DNA of 63,984 nt, the filler included, from Circinaria calcarea (Eukaryota), in assembly GCA_051942165.1 (NCBI GenBank). It is 4 parts of 4 records of this genome, joined end to end, with 100 filler letters (N's around TTAATTAATTAA, not from the genome) between each part and the next. Parts side by side here need not be neighbours in the genome. Positions count along the whole stretch, not along the records: positions 48,298 to 63,984 come from JAVECS010000354.1; 3 more parts are not named here. The stretch is one strand, 5' to 3'. Shown one piece after another: positions 51,420 through 63,984 of this stretch. Made by a program: the position numbers and the translations under genes. Position 1 is the stretch's first letter. Every line of letters starts with the position of its first letter. The notes below the pieces were generated by a model that searched no databases, was not told the origin of the DNA, and worked only from the letters and a program-made list of their open reading frames with translations.

Positions 51420-51704
51420 ATTGATGTGGTTGTATGTGGATGAAGTCAATGGTGTTAATGGTGTTGGCTGTTGTTGTGGATGTCAAGTAGAGAGAGAAAT
51501 TCGAAAGCTGGATGTTGATGATTCGGAATCGCGCGGACTTAGATCATTGACGCAGCTTTAACCCCGATCCGGTAAGATCGCTGATAGGCGAGTATGGAAA
51601 TTTGGCGCACACAAGAGCACTCTACGAGTGTTGAGAAGAATCCGAACACCTGACGAGCGCATCACAACGATATTTCTCGAACTCAGGATATCAAGACCGA
51701 CATT

Positions 51705-52682
51705 ATGGCGCCTGCAAACCTCCCCCCCATCTTCAATGCTACGTCCCAGGATATTGAGATGCTGCTTGCAGCGCAATGTCACCTGGGATCCAAAAATCTC
51801 CAGGTCCATATGGAACCGTACCTGTGGAAGACTCGTCCAGATGGTATCAATGTCATAAACATTGGCAAGACCTGGTATGAGTCGTACTAGTTTCCTCAAT
51901 TGCCTCACCAAACTAATTCGACATGTAGGGAGAAAATCGTCCTCGCTGCGCGCATCATTGCTGCTGTAGACAACCCCGCTGACATTGCCGTCATTTCTGC
52001 TCGTCCCTACGGTCAACGCGCTGTCCTCAAGTTTGCCGCTCATACCGGCGCCGTTGCTATCGCAGGTCGTTTCACTCCAGGAAATTTCACCAACTACATC
52101 ACCCGCTCCTTCAAAGAACCCCGCCTGATCATCGTCACGGATCCTCGCACCGATGCCCAAGCTATCAAAGAAGCTTCCTACGTCAACATTCCCGTCGTTG
52201 CTCTCTGCGATACCGACTCCCCCACCGAATTCGTCGATGTTGCAATCCCCACCAACAACAAAGGCCGCCATGCCATTGGTCTAATCTGGTGGATGCTGGC
52301 GCGGGAAGTCCTCCGCCTGCGTGGTACACTTGCAAACCGTGAGACGGAATGGGATATGATGGTCGACTTGTACTTCTACCGTGATCCTGAAGCCGAAGAG
52401 AATAAGGACGCCTCCGGGGTCGAGGAAGGCAAGTTGCCTGGTGCAGACGATGTTGGCCCCCAGGCTATCGACCAGGGCTTTTCAGGCAACTCCGAGTGGG
52501 AGATTCCAGGCGGCAATCCTGGTGCTGCGGCAGCTTTTAGCGCTGCCACCAACACAGCCGGTGCGCAAGCTGGCTCCAGCTGGGAAGCCGATGGTGCAGA
52601 TTGGACTGCTAGCGCACCTGTCCAAACCGGCAATGAGGGGTGGAGTGCGGAGACAGGCACCAAGGAAGCCGCGTCGTGGTAA
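51705..52682 (+). CDS. RPS0: 40S ribosomal protein S0/SA (uS2), 2 exons
   Basis: [47 protein letters not shown]. Confidence 0.97.
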
Positions 52683-53259
52683 AAATCTTTTTCTCACGAG
52701 AGACATACCTTCGCAAGCGATCTAGCAAAGAATACATGGAGGCAAAAATGATAGCACTCATGAGGGAAAGATACCTGGCGGCTTGCTGCTAGGGGAAAGC
52801 CCTGTGCTGTCAAAGGGATGTACTTAGTAGTTGCCCATCTCCAATTTTATAAATTGCTACATCTTGAATGTGTGATTATCACATTCGTATGATGTACATA
52901 GACTTATGCTATTGGTAGCTCGCTGTGAAATCCTAGCGATCCCCTGTCTAATCTAAGTACTGCGCTCTTGTGAATGATACCTTTCTCCCCATACACTAGG
53001 GTGACGCAACGGTAACATTCTCAGTTTATGGCTTCTATGGGTTAAGCCTTTCATCCAGATCAAAGCAAGTTTGGTCCACCTTATGCGAGTAAACAAGGGG
53101 GTCTTTCTCTTCGGGATACTGAAAACCAAGTTCAAGATCGAATTTACGAGTCAGAAAAATTATAGAAAAGGGCAAAGCGAAAATCAGGTGTCTGAACAAG
53201 AGCATCCACGTATATACATCTCCAGATAGTAAGGCTGAATGGCCCCACGGGCAAGGGCT

Positions 53260-54759
53260 TCATGCTTGCCGCCGAATAACCCTCGTGCCCCCCATCCAAG
53301 GCCACAGCACCCTTGGCACCCTCACGCATTGCTCCTCCGCATCCCAATGCCTTTCCAGTATCGCAGCCAGCACCCTCGGTACCGCCAAGGCCGTCCCATT
53401 CACCGTCCACGGAAACTCCGTCTTCACACCCTTACCCTTCGCTCTCGTGGCCAACCTCCTAGTCTGATAATCTCCACATATGCTTGTACTAGTCACCTCC
53501 CCCCACCCTTCATCCCTCTCCTTCCTGCTGGGGAAGAAGCACTCGATGTCTTGTTTCCTCATCGCGCTAGCTCCCAAATCGTGACTGGGCATCTCTAAGA
53601 TGCGGCAGTGCAGTCCAAGGTTTGTGAGTATTTCTGTCTGAATGGATAGCATGGTTTCGAAGAGCTCGGTGGCGGCGGAGAGAGTAGGCGCGGTCCAGCC
53701 GAACATCTCGACCTTTGTGAACTCGTGTACGCGGTAGAGGCCTTTAGTATCGACTCCCCGAGCTCCGGCTTCGGCGCGATAGCAGCGGCTAGAACCGACG
53801 ATGCGAAGTGGGAGGGAAGAGCTGGCCATGTCTGTTGACGCGTGGAGAGCGGCGAAAGGAATTTCTGCTGTACCGGCTAGAGATAATTCGGGTTTCGGGT
53901 CTTTTCGTTCAGGTTGCTGGAGGGCGTAGACTTGATGTTCGCCGTTTCGATCTCGAGGTCGAAAACCACAGGCGGTAGAGATGTGGCTGTAGACGATGGT
54001 AGGCGGCGCCACAGGGGTAAATTTGTGGCGGATGGCGGTGTGAAGGGCGTATTGTATGAGGGCTTGTTCGAGGAGAGATCCAGCATTTTTGAGATAGTAA
54101 AAGCCCCAGCCGGATGTTGTACTGGCGGAGGCAAAGTCGAGGAGGGAGAGGGAATTGCCGATTTCGACATGATTACGAGAAGATTCGGTACTGGAGGTGA
54201 GGAGAGAAGAAAGGTGCGGGTTTATATAGCTTAACACGCATGGTGAGGCGCCAATAGGTGTGCAGGAGCTCGTAAGATTTGGGAGTTCGAGGGCGAGGGA
54301 TTCGATTGAAGCGTTGAGTTGACCTTCTGTAGCTTCAATTTGTTTGATCTGGTCTTTAAGCTGGCGAGCTAGTACAAAGCTCTTCTCTGTTATCTCATTC
54401 CTAATCTCAGAATTCCCGACCACATCCCTACTGGCTTCTGACCCATGATCAAGGTCCGTCTGGAGCCTGTTATTTTTCTGTCGAAGGCCAACATTTTTTG
54501 ATTGTAGGGTCTGTCTTTCTTTGACGAGCTCGACGATTGTGAAAGGAATTTGATGCTGGACTGTATAATTCCTATCCAGACAGTTCTGGGAGTGTAGCTT
54601 GGGGTTCTTCTGAATATGCTTGATATTAATGGATGGCTTAGGAGCGGTCGAGGGGCGTGCTATATACGGAGTAGGGGTTGTGGATAATGTACGACGAGCT
54701 TCCTGAAAGCTGCCTCTAAGCAATTGATATAAATGAACCCGTTGACAATTATAGCTCAT
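53260..54759 (-). CDS. DIA4: Mitochondrial seryl-tRNA synthetase, intronless
   Basis: LAGTAEIP, CYRAEAGARG..GLYRVHEFTKVEMF, GEVTSTSICGDYQTRRL, TVNGTALAVPR; presequence-like N-terminus. Confidence 0.93.
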   Translation of the reverse strand: MSYNCQRVHLYQLLRGSFQEARRTLSTTPTPYIARPSTAPKPSINIKHIQKNPKLHSQNCLDRNYTVQHQIPFTIVELVKERQTLQSKNVGLRQKNNRLQTDLDHGSEASRDVVGNSEIRNEITEKSFVLARQLKDQIKQIEATEGQLNASIESLALELPNLTSSCTPIGASPCVLSYINPHLSSLLTSSTESSRNHVEIGNSLSLLDFASASTTSGWGFYYLKNAGSLLEQALIQYALHTAIRHKFTPVAPPTIVYSHISTACGFRPRDRNGEHQVYALQQPERKDPKPELSLAGTAEIPFAALHASTDMASSSLPLRIVGSSRCYRAEAGARGVDTKGLYRVHEFTKVEMFGWTAPTLSAATELFETMLSIQTEILTNLGLHCRILEMPSHDLGASAMRKQDIECFFPSRKERDEGWGEVTSTSICGDYQTRRLATRAKGKGVKTEFPWTVNGTALAVPRVLAAILERHWDAEEQCVRVPRVLWPWMGGTRVIRRQA

Positions 54760-55494
54760 TATCTTCCTTTGTGCCCAAGTCTTGATTGAGTGTGAGCGTG
54801 AGCTGTAAGTAGAGTAATTCCTATGAGAGAACAATTGCTCGGCAAACTTGCCATTCTATTCTAGACGCTTTGTCCTTGGAACTCGACTTGGTTTGTTTCT
54901 CTTGGACCTTTCTCCCTTCACGACTCGACTTATTGAAATGAGAACGCTAAGTTATGTAATATCCTATGTACGAACTTTGAGTTGTCTCATCTAGGTTTGG
55001 TGGCGGTTAGCTGCATGGGTCTTTCCGACTTTGGGTGATTAACCTGGCCTGCAAGTTCTATTACCCGGCATACTACCTGGGGGTCTCCTACTAATCGAGC
55101 ATTACTAAAGGTCTGGGAATCAAACTTTCTTTCTCCAAAATCTAAATCTGAGTAACGTTAAGGCAAATCGCGTCGGTGTGTACGAGTAGGTAATACATAG
55201 TTTCCAAAGCCAACGGCGTCTTACTACAGCTTACGGTGGGCTTAGCTCGAGGACATATCAAACTTATAGTGATCCTACTTTACAATCTACATCATGCAAA
55301 AAACGTACAGAGGAAGTAGCTGACAACCAAAGGTATTGATATTTCTGAGATATATTATATGTTTGTACGAGAATCAGACATATTAATTTAGTAACGGATC
55401 TTACCATCCCTTATATACTTGAGCTGAGTCTCTAGCGAAGACGATTCTATGGGCCACTACATACCGAGAAAGACTCGGAAACGTTCTATATCTC

Positions 55495-56574
55495 TCAGTC
55501 GTTATCTTCGTTGGGGAATGCGTCCTTCAGTTTCATGTTCGGATTATGGTGATATACATGCCCTTCGTAGAGCATGGCAATGTCTTGGAGCCCGAACACG
55601 CGAAGAAGGTCCAAGATGGTAAAGTTAGTCCGGTTAGAATATCTTGTCAACGCCTGAGAGATGGCCCCTTCATTAGCTTCATGAGCTATTTTCACAACGT
55701 TGCAAGTAAGAATAATCCATCTTTGGACTTCCTGAGCGTCGAGCGAGCCTTTGTGTTGACGAAACTCGATCGTCTTCTTCTTGCCGGTCTTCGCCATAGC
55801 ATTCCCAAAATTGTAGGCACGCCAGTTGTTATGGACACCTCGGGAGCTGCGCTCTGTGCAGAATCGCCACTCGAACCGTGCGACACTGTCAATCCCGGCG
55901 ATGATCTCCGCTATTTTCTGTGGACTTCTCTCGTCGGGCTCGAAAGCCCATCTTGGCAGAGCGCAATAGTCATTCGTGAGACGATGTGCGGGATGGATCT
56001 GATTGAATTGGTCCTCAAAGCAGCTCACCAATGTTGCCACGTTCTTCAACGCTGAAAGAGGGAATCCAAAGGACTGGTTTCCAACGTGAACATGGAGTCC
56101 AGTGGTTTCATTGACATGGACTGGGAATCGGGACACAATCGCCTTAATCGCGGTTCCAACTTCTAAGAAAGCGGCGGTGCCATAAGTTAGTACAGGAGAA
56201 ACGATCTCGACATCGACATACCTGAGCGCAGCCCGCATTTCCGGTGTAAGAGCTGTCCTCGTTCCATTAGCCCACTGAGGGTTCATGGTCTCAAGCATTG
56301 ATCTTTCTGGTTTGACCGAGCCATCTCCTTCGACAGTCCATTTTTGGTAATCTGGTGTGCGGTAATCGTTTACTGCGAGGCCTGCTGATCGCAGCACCAA
56401 AACGAGTTTGGCCCTTTGTGCATCTTCCTCTTGACGTCGCAAATCGCGAATCTCTTTCTCTGATACACGTCCCTGTTTTATGCCATCGGTGATTCTTTGA
56501 GGAAGTGCCTCTGCGAAGTAAGACAATAGGAATTCGAGCTCGACACCAAAGGTAATGTTCAAGTTTCTTGCCAT
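55495..56574 (-). CDS. Putative amidoligase (Amidoligase_2, COOH-NH2 ligase fold), intronless
   Basis: TFGVELEF, WTVEGDGSV, VEIVSPVL, TGLHVHVG, AYNF, TIEFRQHKGSLD in the expected order; TATATAAG near 56655-56660 on the minus strand. Confidence 0.85.
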   Translation of the reverse strand: MARNLNITFGVELEFLLSYFAEALPQRITDGIKQGRVSEKEIRDLRRQEEDAQRAKLVLVLRSAGLAVNDYRTPDYQKWTVEGDGSVKPERSMLETMNPQWANGTRTALTPEMRAALRYVDVEIVSPVLTYGTAAFLEVGTAIKAIVSRFPVHVNETTGLHVHVGNQSFGFPLSALKNVATLVSCFEDQFNQIHPAHRLTNDYCALPRWAFEPDERSPQKIAEIIAGIDSVARFEWRFCTERSSRGVHNNWRAYNFGNAMAKTGKKKTIEFRQHKGSLDAQEVQRWIILTCNVVKIAHEANEGAISQALTRYSNRTNFTILDLLRVFGLQDIAMLYEGHVYHHNPNMKLKDAFPNEDND

Positions 56575-59500
56575 GTCCGTTTCTGTGGGCAGATGATGGT
56601 GTATAGTGTGCAAATGAAAGGTCTGTACCCGTCCTCATTCGAGTGTGTTGCCCTTATATACAATTTCGAGGACACCCACAACAATGCACTTCATTCGTTC
56701 CTTTCTTTACTACACAAAGAAGAGTAGTATAAGGGTTGAGATGACAATGCAAGATTTTAAACAAAGAAAGAAGATAGCTGACAGTAAGACTGCTTAAGAA
56801 AATTGCGAATCATGAAACAAAGAGGACTCTCAAGTCGGGGTTGTGACAGAATGGGAAAAGAGCCTAGGATACCCACCACCCGGACATATAGCTACCGAAG
56901 GCAAGAGAACAGTTGCTGCCGTAGAACAGAGCTTCAATCGTGGTTCATAGGTTTTATTTTATTATCACCTTAAACACTGTGTGGGTGACTCCTTCTTCCT
57001 ACCTGCTTGAGATTGACGAAATGCTCGGTATCGACGCTTTTTGGCTATTGCCATTCTTTGTCTTGAAGATGGTATTAAATTCTTGTGCAGTACGCACAGA
57101 TGTAATGATAAAGAATATCATGAAGTTGTTTCTCTTGCTGATGATGGTACCTCTTACCCACATTCATAATTTTTGCCCCTTGCTCTAGAAAGCCCAATCA
57201 TGGACAGCAGAATCAAAAGATAATTACTAGGGAAATCACTGACCATATTCAAATAAAAAGGGAATCGAGAATGAAACTGTGACTGTGGTGAGGATCTTAT
57301 CCGAAGGGTCATCTTCGTCTCCGGGTGTTATGTCAGTCATGGATCTGAACCGCCTCCGCTTCACCCGCTTGGACTCGAGGGCATTCCACCCGGTGCAGGC
57401 TTGTCCACTGCAACACCCCCTGCACCAATGATGCTCTGTTCAACTGACGATCAATCAGCGTGCTAGTGCCTGCCACACAGGCGCTCTCGGAGGGCCTCTG
57501 GAGGGAATCGCGAAGCGATAAAGTCTAAAACAATACTTGAACCTATTGTTGGAAGTTATAGGGCTTACCGAGGCATGTGTTGCATAGGAGGTCCATGCTC
57601 AACACTTTCATATACATCATAAAAGCACTTTTTCGCTGCATAGGAAGTTACACACTCGTACATAGCATAAATGCCACCACACATATTGCATGTTCAACAC
57701 CTATAACTCTTCTGTGGTGCACTCATGTGGCGGGGCACGAGTACGCTGAGTACTTTCTTCGAAATGAGAATAAAGCAAGTCTAGTAGAAAGCTCACCATA
57801 GGTGTCCCCGGAGGGACCCCGCCTAATGAAATATGGGGTTCCAGGTATTAAGCAAAAGTCAAATCGGAATTCTCAGCTCGATTTTCCGATCAAATTTATG
57901 TCTAAAGCATACAAATAGACGACGACATGCACTTCATGGCTTCAGCTCCAGCAAAGCGTCACTTTTTCATGTTCAATATCTTATTCTCGTTTACCTCTCC
58001 TGGTCGCCTTTTCCTTTTTTTCGACTGTTCTCCTCACTTAAAGCCTTTCTGTCTTTTTTTATAGTTTTTCTTCATTATCTGCTTGAAGAAATTGACAGCA
58101 TCGATCAGTTATATATGACGGACTTGCATCCATCGAGGATCTCGTTGCTCGCTACCACCCTCGTCTACTTGGTCAATGACTGAGAAGGCCAGATCATGAG
58201 CGAGAACGATGGCGGCTTTGATTCTTCTGATGCTGAATTCGAGCTTCTAGCAAACAAGCAGGCAATATTCTAGGGAAAGGCCTCCATTAAATTTTAAATC
58301 CAACACGCAGGAATTATTTGCCTGACCTTAAAGCGAACAGTCAAATAGCTGGCATTCGGTCTCGGGGCCTCCGGCACCTAATATAATCAGATATTGTGGA
58401 TCGAATGATTCAAGTTATTTCGTCAGCATACCTTGAAGCAGTTACTGGACACCTTTTATCGGAGATGATATGCATCGTTTCTTTAACTTTATTTTTAGTA
58501 CATCTACCTATATCTGCTTCTGAGGTGTACCGACGTTACCCTCCTATGAATCGACAGTATCGATTTCCTATCGACATCAACGTCATCGAACCTCTCCTTC
58601 AGCTTAATTTACATCCAACGCACGCCAACATATACCCTTCTTCTACTTACGCAAAATCAAAACCATATAACTCCAACAAACCAGCTCCGAACAATACCCT
58701 TATCATCCACGCATTCAAAGCGTTTTGTAGTCATGGGGAATTCCACCTGGGACCGAGAACCGATGTCGTTTAAAATTATTAAAAGCGAGATGAGCCCCAC
58801 CGGCCGCGAATTCTTTCATCGATAAATCATATGTGGTGGAGCCAAGGCGACTAGTGACTGGGCGCGCATATGGAATGGGCAGGCAGGCATGGAGGACTTC
58901 TACACATACACACTTCTTTAGAGAGATAGCAAGCAGCAGAGGAGCATAGCAATCGGAAATACGATACTGAAACCCGTCCTGATATCCCCTCTATATGTGC
59001 ACTCTATTGTAGCAGTCAGTTCATGCCATATACCCCTCGATTCTTCACTATTCAGGCCCCCGTTACCCATTCTCGACAGCGTCTTTGCCTATACCTTAGG
59101 AGCATAGCGGAGCACCCTATATCCTTCACACATAAACGCGTATATAAAAACGAGTTAGAACTTGATCCGAAAGGTACTCGGAAAGAAAAAAGAAAGGAAG
59201 CAACACATAATTCGGGTTCTATACCGCTAAAATCGGGGGCATAATCCTGGGGCCCCCTTCTCTTTTTTTCTTAAAGCCCTCCTGCGAAATGGACATTCTC
59301 GCGATTCTCTCCCCAGATGTTCTTTTTATTCTTGAAACACGCCTACGGTGCTTTCGTTAATATTTCATCGAATAATAATAATATGTTCCTCCGTGTATAT
59401 TCCCCTGATTCTTTTTACGTTTGTTATATTATTTATTATCGTATTTCCTCGACATTCAACTATAGCGTTCAACATCGCATTCCCTCCGCGTTCACTATAC

Positions 59501-60215
59501 CATTCACCGAGCATTTATATTACCATTCACCAAGTACTCATCTCATCATTTACACCCGCAATTCGCAATGCAGCTTACCGCGAGAAAAAAAAAATTCTGT
59601 TGGTTTTTTTGGGCCTTCTGACGGGCCTGATGGCGACCGCCCACGGCAATAAAAGAACCGGGGTCTGCTGCTGGGAATTTGGAGACATGGGGTAAAAATC
59701 CCCCCCTCCCGGCAGGGGAAAATAAACAACAGTTTTGAAAAGGTGACCACCTACATTAATTAGGGGGTCTTGGGAGCTTCTTTCATACTTTGATATTCAG
59801 TTTTTTCCTTCATGGGGCGAGTTTGCCCCGACTTAGTTGTGATAGATATTTTCATTCTATTTCATCCTAGTCCAAGCACCGCAACCAAACAAATTGCCCT
59901 TTTTTTTCCCCCCCTTTCTTTTTTTTCTCGGTTGGGGGTTTTTTTGGCTTTGCTAGGGGTTTACGATTATGCTTTTTTTTTGGCTTATAGGCTAGAAGTA
60001 GAAGGATTTAGTGACGGTTAATATTTCGAAAAATGGAAGGGAGGGGGGGGAACTGGTTATGGAGTTTAGTCAGTAGCCCCATCACAATATATATTTAATT
60101 CCCAGTCCCGAGTCCCCACCTACCTACCTCTAAACCAAACTCATCCACTGTAACTTCTCATCTGTACATAGCGGTCAGTGGGTCACCCCCTGGGGCATAA
60201 AGCACACCCTACCCC

Positions 60216-60310
60216 ACCGTACTGTACCGTACTGTACCCTACCGTACCGAATACCGAATCGTAATATACAATATAATATCGAATACCGAATCGTAAGCTA
60301 CAGTACAATA
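60216..60310. repeat. Degenerate (ACCGT/ACTGT)n microsatellite plus a 17-nt direct repeat
   Basis: accgtactgtaccgtactgtaccctaccgt; cgaataccgaatcgtaa at about 60248 and 60280. Confidence 0.75.
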
Positions 60311-61270
60311 TTGACCAGCTCCCCATCTCCGTTTTAACCAGTTGGGAAGGAAGAGGGGGGTTAGATAGAAAAAATTCGCCTCGGTCATCGTTATCGGGGC
60401 TTTTAGAGAAGGGGAAAGAAGGAGGGGGGGAGATATGAGCTAGTTGAGACCGACTGGTTGCTAGTCGCTAGTTGCTAGTCGCCGGAAGTCCTATGAGTTG
60501 CTGTGATTATAAGGCTATGAATAGGGAGGGAGAGGGTTGCATTATCCGTGAGGCAGATACTCGTACACAGTACTGCCGGGGAATATGGTAGCAGTCTCAG
60601 TAAGTACAACCAATCAATTGTAAGAGTTACTGCAACCGTACCTGATATTACAGGCTTGGGCGGTTGCGCAACTGTACCATACGGTGTACCGGTTGTAACC
60701 TTAACTATCCGAGACCTTGCTTGAGCCCCTTGTTCATACCCGTACCGTACCTCATCTGCGTTGTCATCGGGGGCAGGGGCAGGGCTAGGGGCAGGGGGGA
60801 GAAAAATAGAAGGATAGAAATAGAAAACGAGAAATAGAGGGGTACCATAGGGCCGAGAAAAAGGGAAAGGGAAATTGCCAGGAAAAAGGTGGAGGGGGAG
60901 GGGGATTCTATTATCTCTATTTGTTGGCTGTTGGGGAAATTCACGAGCAAAAAACGTATTGAATCTGGTGTCCGAAGATCTTTAGAGTCCTGGCTATATA
61001 TATGACGGCGTTAGCTTTTAATTGGTTTTTGTGTAAATTATTTTTTTGCAATTGCACGATATTCATACAAGATTATAAAGCCTTTTTCAATCTTGCGCGT
61101 AAAAAAAACCTTATAACCAAAAGGCTTCCAAAAAACCGGACGATGCATTCCAGTGGGTATCCACCAAAGAACGAGAGATAAGAGTACGCTGAGAGAAAAA
61201 AAAAGAAAAAAAAAACACTTTCTGGCCTAGTGTGCCAACTATCATATTGTTGAGCTCCCTCCCTTTGCCA

Positions 61271-62445
61271 TTAAATATTCTCAATCACCCGTGCGTTCAT
61301 GGCCTGCTGAAACCCATCACTGGTCTCGCCGTTAAACGGTCCGTTTTCCTTCTTCCCTCCCTGACTGCTCGGCCCCTCTCCGTACTGATCCGCCTGCGCC
61401 AGCTGCTGCTGCACGGTTTGGTTCGTCGCAGGCAGGAAAATCACTTTGCTGTTGGCCGACTTTGCCATCGCCTGCATTGCTTCCAAGTACCTAATCTGCA
61501 TGGCAGGTGCACTGCTCAAAATGTCGGCAGCCTGCCTCATCAATTTCGCCGACTCGACTTCGGCGCGCGCCGAGATGACTTTGCTCTCTCCGATCCGCTT
61601 GGCTTGCGCGGCCATGGAAAGGGACTCTTGCAGTTCGCTGCTGAAGATCATGTCCTTGACGAGCATGGACTCGACTTGTACACCCCAGCCCATGGCAACG
61701 TCTTCAATGATTTCACCAATGGATTGGGCGATTTCTTCACGGCGCTCGATGACATCTTGGAGGACACGAGCACCGACGACGTGACGGAGCGTGGTCTGGG
61801 TACGTTCGACCAAGGCTTGGCGGATGTTGGAGATACCGAAGGCGGCTTTGTGGGGGGAGGTGATGTGGTAGTAGATGACGGAGGTGACTTGGAGGGTCAC
61901 GTTGTCCTTGGTAATACAGACTTGTTGAGGGACCTCTGTAGATATGTATTAGCGATTGATGTTTCGGCATGGTAGAGAGTGTACAGGAGGACATGCCAAC
62001 AATCTGAATCTTGACATCCACTTGGATTAGCTTTTCCGAGAGAGGGTTGATCTTAACGAGACCAGGGTCGACAGCACGGTAGAAACGACCGAATTTCGTG
62101 ACGAGGCCGACGTTTCCCTGGTTGACGGGTTTGTATGGGTTCGGACAGACGATACAGAAGGGGATGGCACCACATGTACCGATGATCGATCCGAGCGCAT
62201 TGACTTTATACTATCAGTATGCGGTTTGATAGACTTTATCCTTGACAAAACATACTCATGGACCCATACCACCCATGCGACCCAGCATCTTCACTTTCAC
62301 CTTGAAGAATCTGGGCGTAGGCCGGTTGCAAGTCTTCCCGGCGTGGTGGCTGCACGTTGATGACGGCGCCCGAATTATCTCGAGGCCCGCCGTTTGACGG
62401 GTGGAAGCCGTTGGTGGGAAGAGGAGCTTTTCCGCCCGCGTCCAT
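61271..62445 (-). CDS. Stomatin-family SPFH/band-7 protein, multi-exon
   Basis: CIVCPNP, GLVTKFGRF, VPQQVCITKDNV, QTTLRHVVG, AEVESAKLMRQAADILSSAPAMQIRYLE. Confidence 0.92.
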
Positions 62446-63984
62446 GGCTTCTGGCACTGTAACTTCGGATCCTGGCGCAGTGGAGGATGGAGCAATGATG
62501 CTACGTGTGGAAGACAGGTTGCCGACGGTGGGACGGAGGAGACCTGTTGATTGCTACGGCGATAGAGAATGGAGGCTCTGCTTGAGGGGTTGATTTGTGA
62601 AGAGGAGGATGGAATAATCGAAAGACCGAGTGTAAGAGGGTGGGATAGATTTCAAGATGTCGTGGCGTTGTCCGACTCTATATAATCCCTCAGGCGCGCA
62701 TCACGGGCACTTTTATCCCGGTGCTGTGCGAGCTTCTGCTTCTGACCATAGTTCCGTATGGGGGAGAGGGGTCAATTCTCAGGCATAACACAGTCCCTGA
62801 GAGCGGGGCGGGTGACATTAAGGGGGGCTATGGCGCGCTAACTTCGAGGTCCACAGGGCGTTGACTGGCTCATTGTGCCAGGGGTCCTTGCTAGTCAAAG
62901 CTTAGCATCAACCGCACACCATTCTAGTCTGCTCAGATCGCGATGATATCAAATAGATGATTCATTACTCCGTCTGTCAAAAGAGCGTCCCCTACGACAT
63001 TGAATAGCAGAGGAATTTCGCCTCCATCTCCTCTGATACTAAATAACCTAGAGGTTGGCTCACTTCCCTCGAGCGCTGTCCAAGCGATTATGGGGACTAT
63101 TCAATGTGGATCCCTTCATCCTCCCTTGCGCCACCACCAAGGCTCCTCCCTCCGGCCTCCGGATCCTTCCTTTCTAATTCCTGGGAAATGTCAAATCACA
63201 GCCGTGCCAATCTTTCCAAGCATGGAGAAATGCCTCATGCATCAAAAGGTCCCACCGTTGACTGTTCGTTGTCCAAGACCGTCAGCGCTTGCCAGACTGC
63301 CTCGTGATGCCAAGAACCGGGGTTGGCCCCCCCAGGCTGCAAGGCATCTTTCCATCGTCTTACGGCATGGCCCGCCTCGCCTGACCAGTAGAAATACCCT
63401 TACCGGAGGTTATTGTAGTGCAAAAGATATGGGAATTCCTCTGATCTCTGCTGCGCCTTGGGAAATACTCAACGCCCGCGAAACTAGCCCGGAAGATATG
63501 TTTGTGAATTGGATGATCCAGAACAACATGCTGCTCCCTTCAAGCATCATCCAGGACTGTTGTGCTGGTTCTACAGTCAAAATTCAGCCAGTGGTCTGAG
63601 CATACAAAAAGCGGAATCGGTGAACGTACAGCACGGAGTATGCGATCCATGATATTTAATTGACTGCCGTGACTGCAAAGACTCATGTATCCTATGCTGC
63701 TGATTGCTAGCCTGAAACCGCACGACATGACTTTGTATTCTGCCAAGATGTCCTATACTGAACTCTAATCCCCCGGTCCAACTCCGAGGTGGCGAATAGC
63801 AATGAGTCGCCTCTATGCGGATGTTTGATAGGAGAGAAGCATGCGGATATACAGACGTCGCCTACATTATTATATCGAACCCGAGGATGATATTGGGAGA
63901 CAAAGCGACCATCATCCTCTTCGCCGCCTTACCTCCGTCTTCTCCACCGAAACAACCTTCACGCCATTTGCATGCATTTCGGCC

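Noticed and set aside
55070..55090. ATACTACCTGG resembling the U1 snRNA 5' end
   Set aside because: Lacks one T of ATACTTACCTGG; no U1 stem-loops or Sm site follow
63000..63599. 199-aa plus-strand ORF
   Set aside because: TTG start, no domain motifs; likely intergenic or promoter DNA

Overview
Eukaryotic DNA from a filamentous ascomycete (Pezizomycotina), based on short GT-AG introns with CTRAY branch sites and typical fungal orthologues. The window is not one locus. It is four contigs joined by artificial 100-nt spacers (44 N, TTAATTAATTAA, 44 N), with lengths 16000, 15999, 15998 and at least 15687 nt, which fits a length-sorted concatenation. Contig 1 (1-16000): MED5, a dsRBD-like + RNase III-like gene, a frameshifted aldo-keto reductase, an unexplained ~365-nt highly self-complementary element, GUT2, an amino-acid permease and a FAD monooxygenase. 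Contig 2 (16101-32099): partial DUF1640/CCDC90 gene, PET127, VPS68, a hypothetical gene, derlin, FES1, actin and partial CENP-A. Contig 3 (32200-48197): AFG1-family ATPase, a small spliced orphan membrane-protein gene, a sedlin/TRAPP subunit, complex I PSST, MCT1 and a Zn2Cys6 + hexapeptide acetyltransferase fusion. Contig 4 (48298-end): a large disordered hypothetical protein, RPS0, mitochondrial SerRS, an amidoligase-2-like gene, a 4.6-kb gene-poor tract and a stomatin gene. Most content is ordinary housekeeping DNA. The best candidate for something new is the block between MED5 and GUT2, where an RNase III-like gene with reversed domain order sits near a large fold-back element. All calls come from reading motifs by eye; no database searches were run, and some exon borders are approximate.
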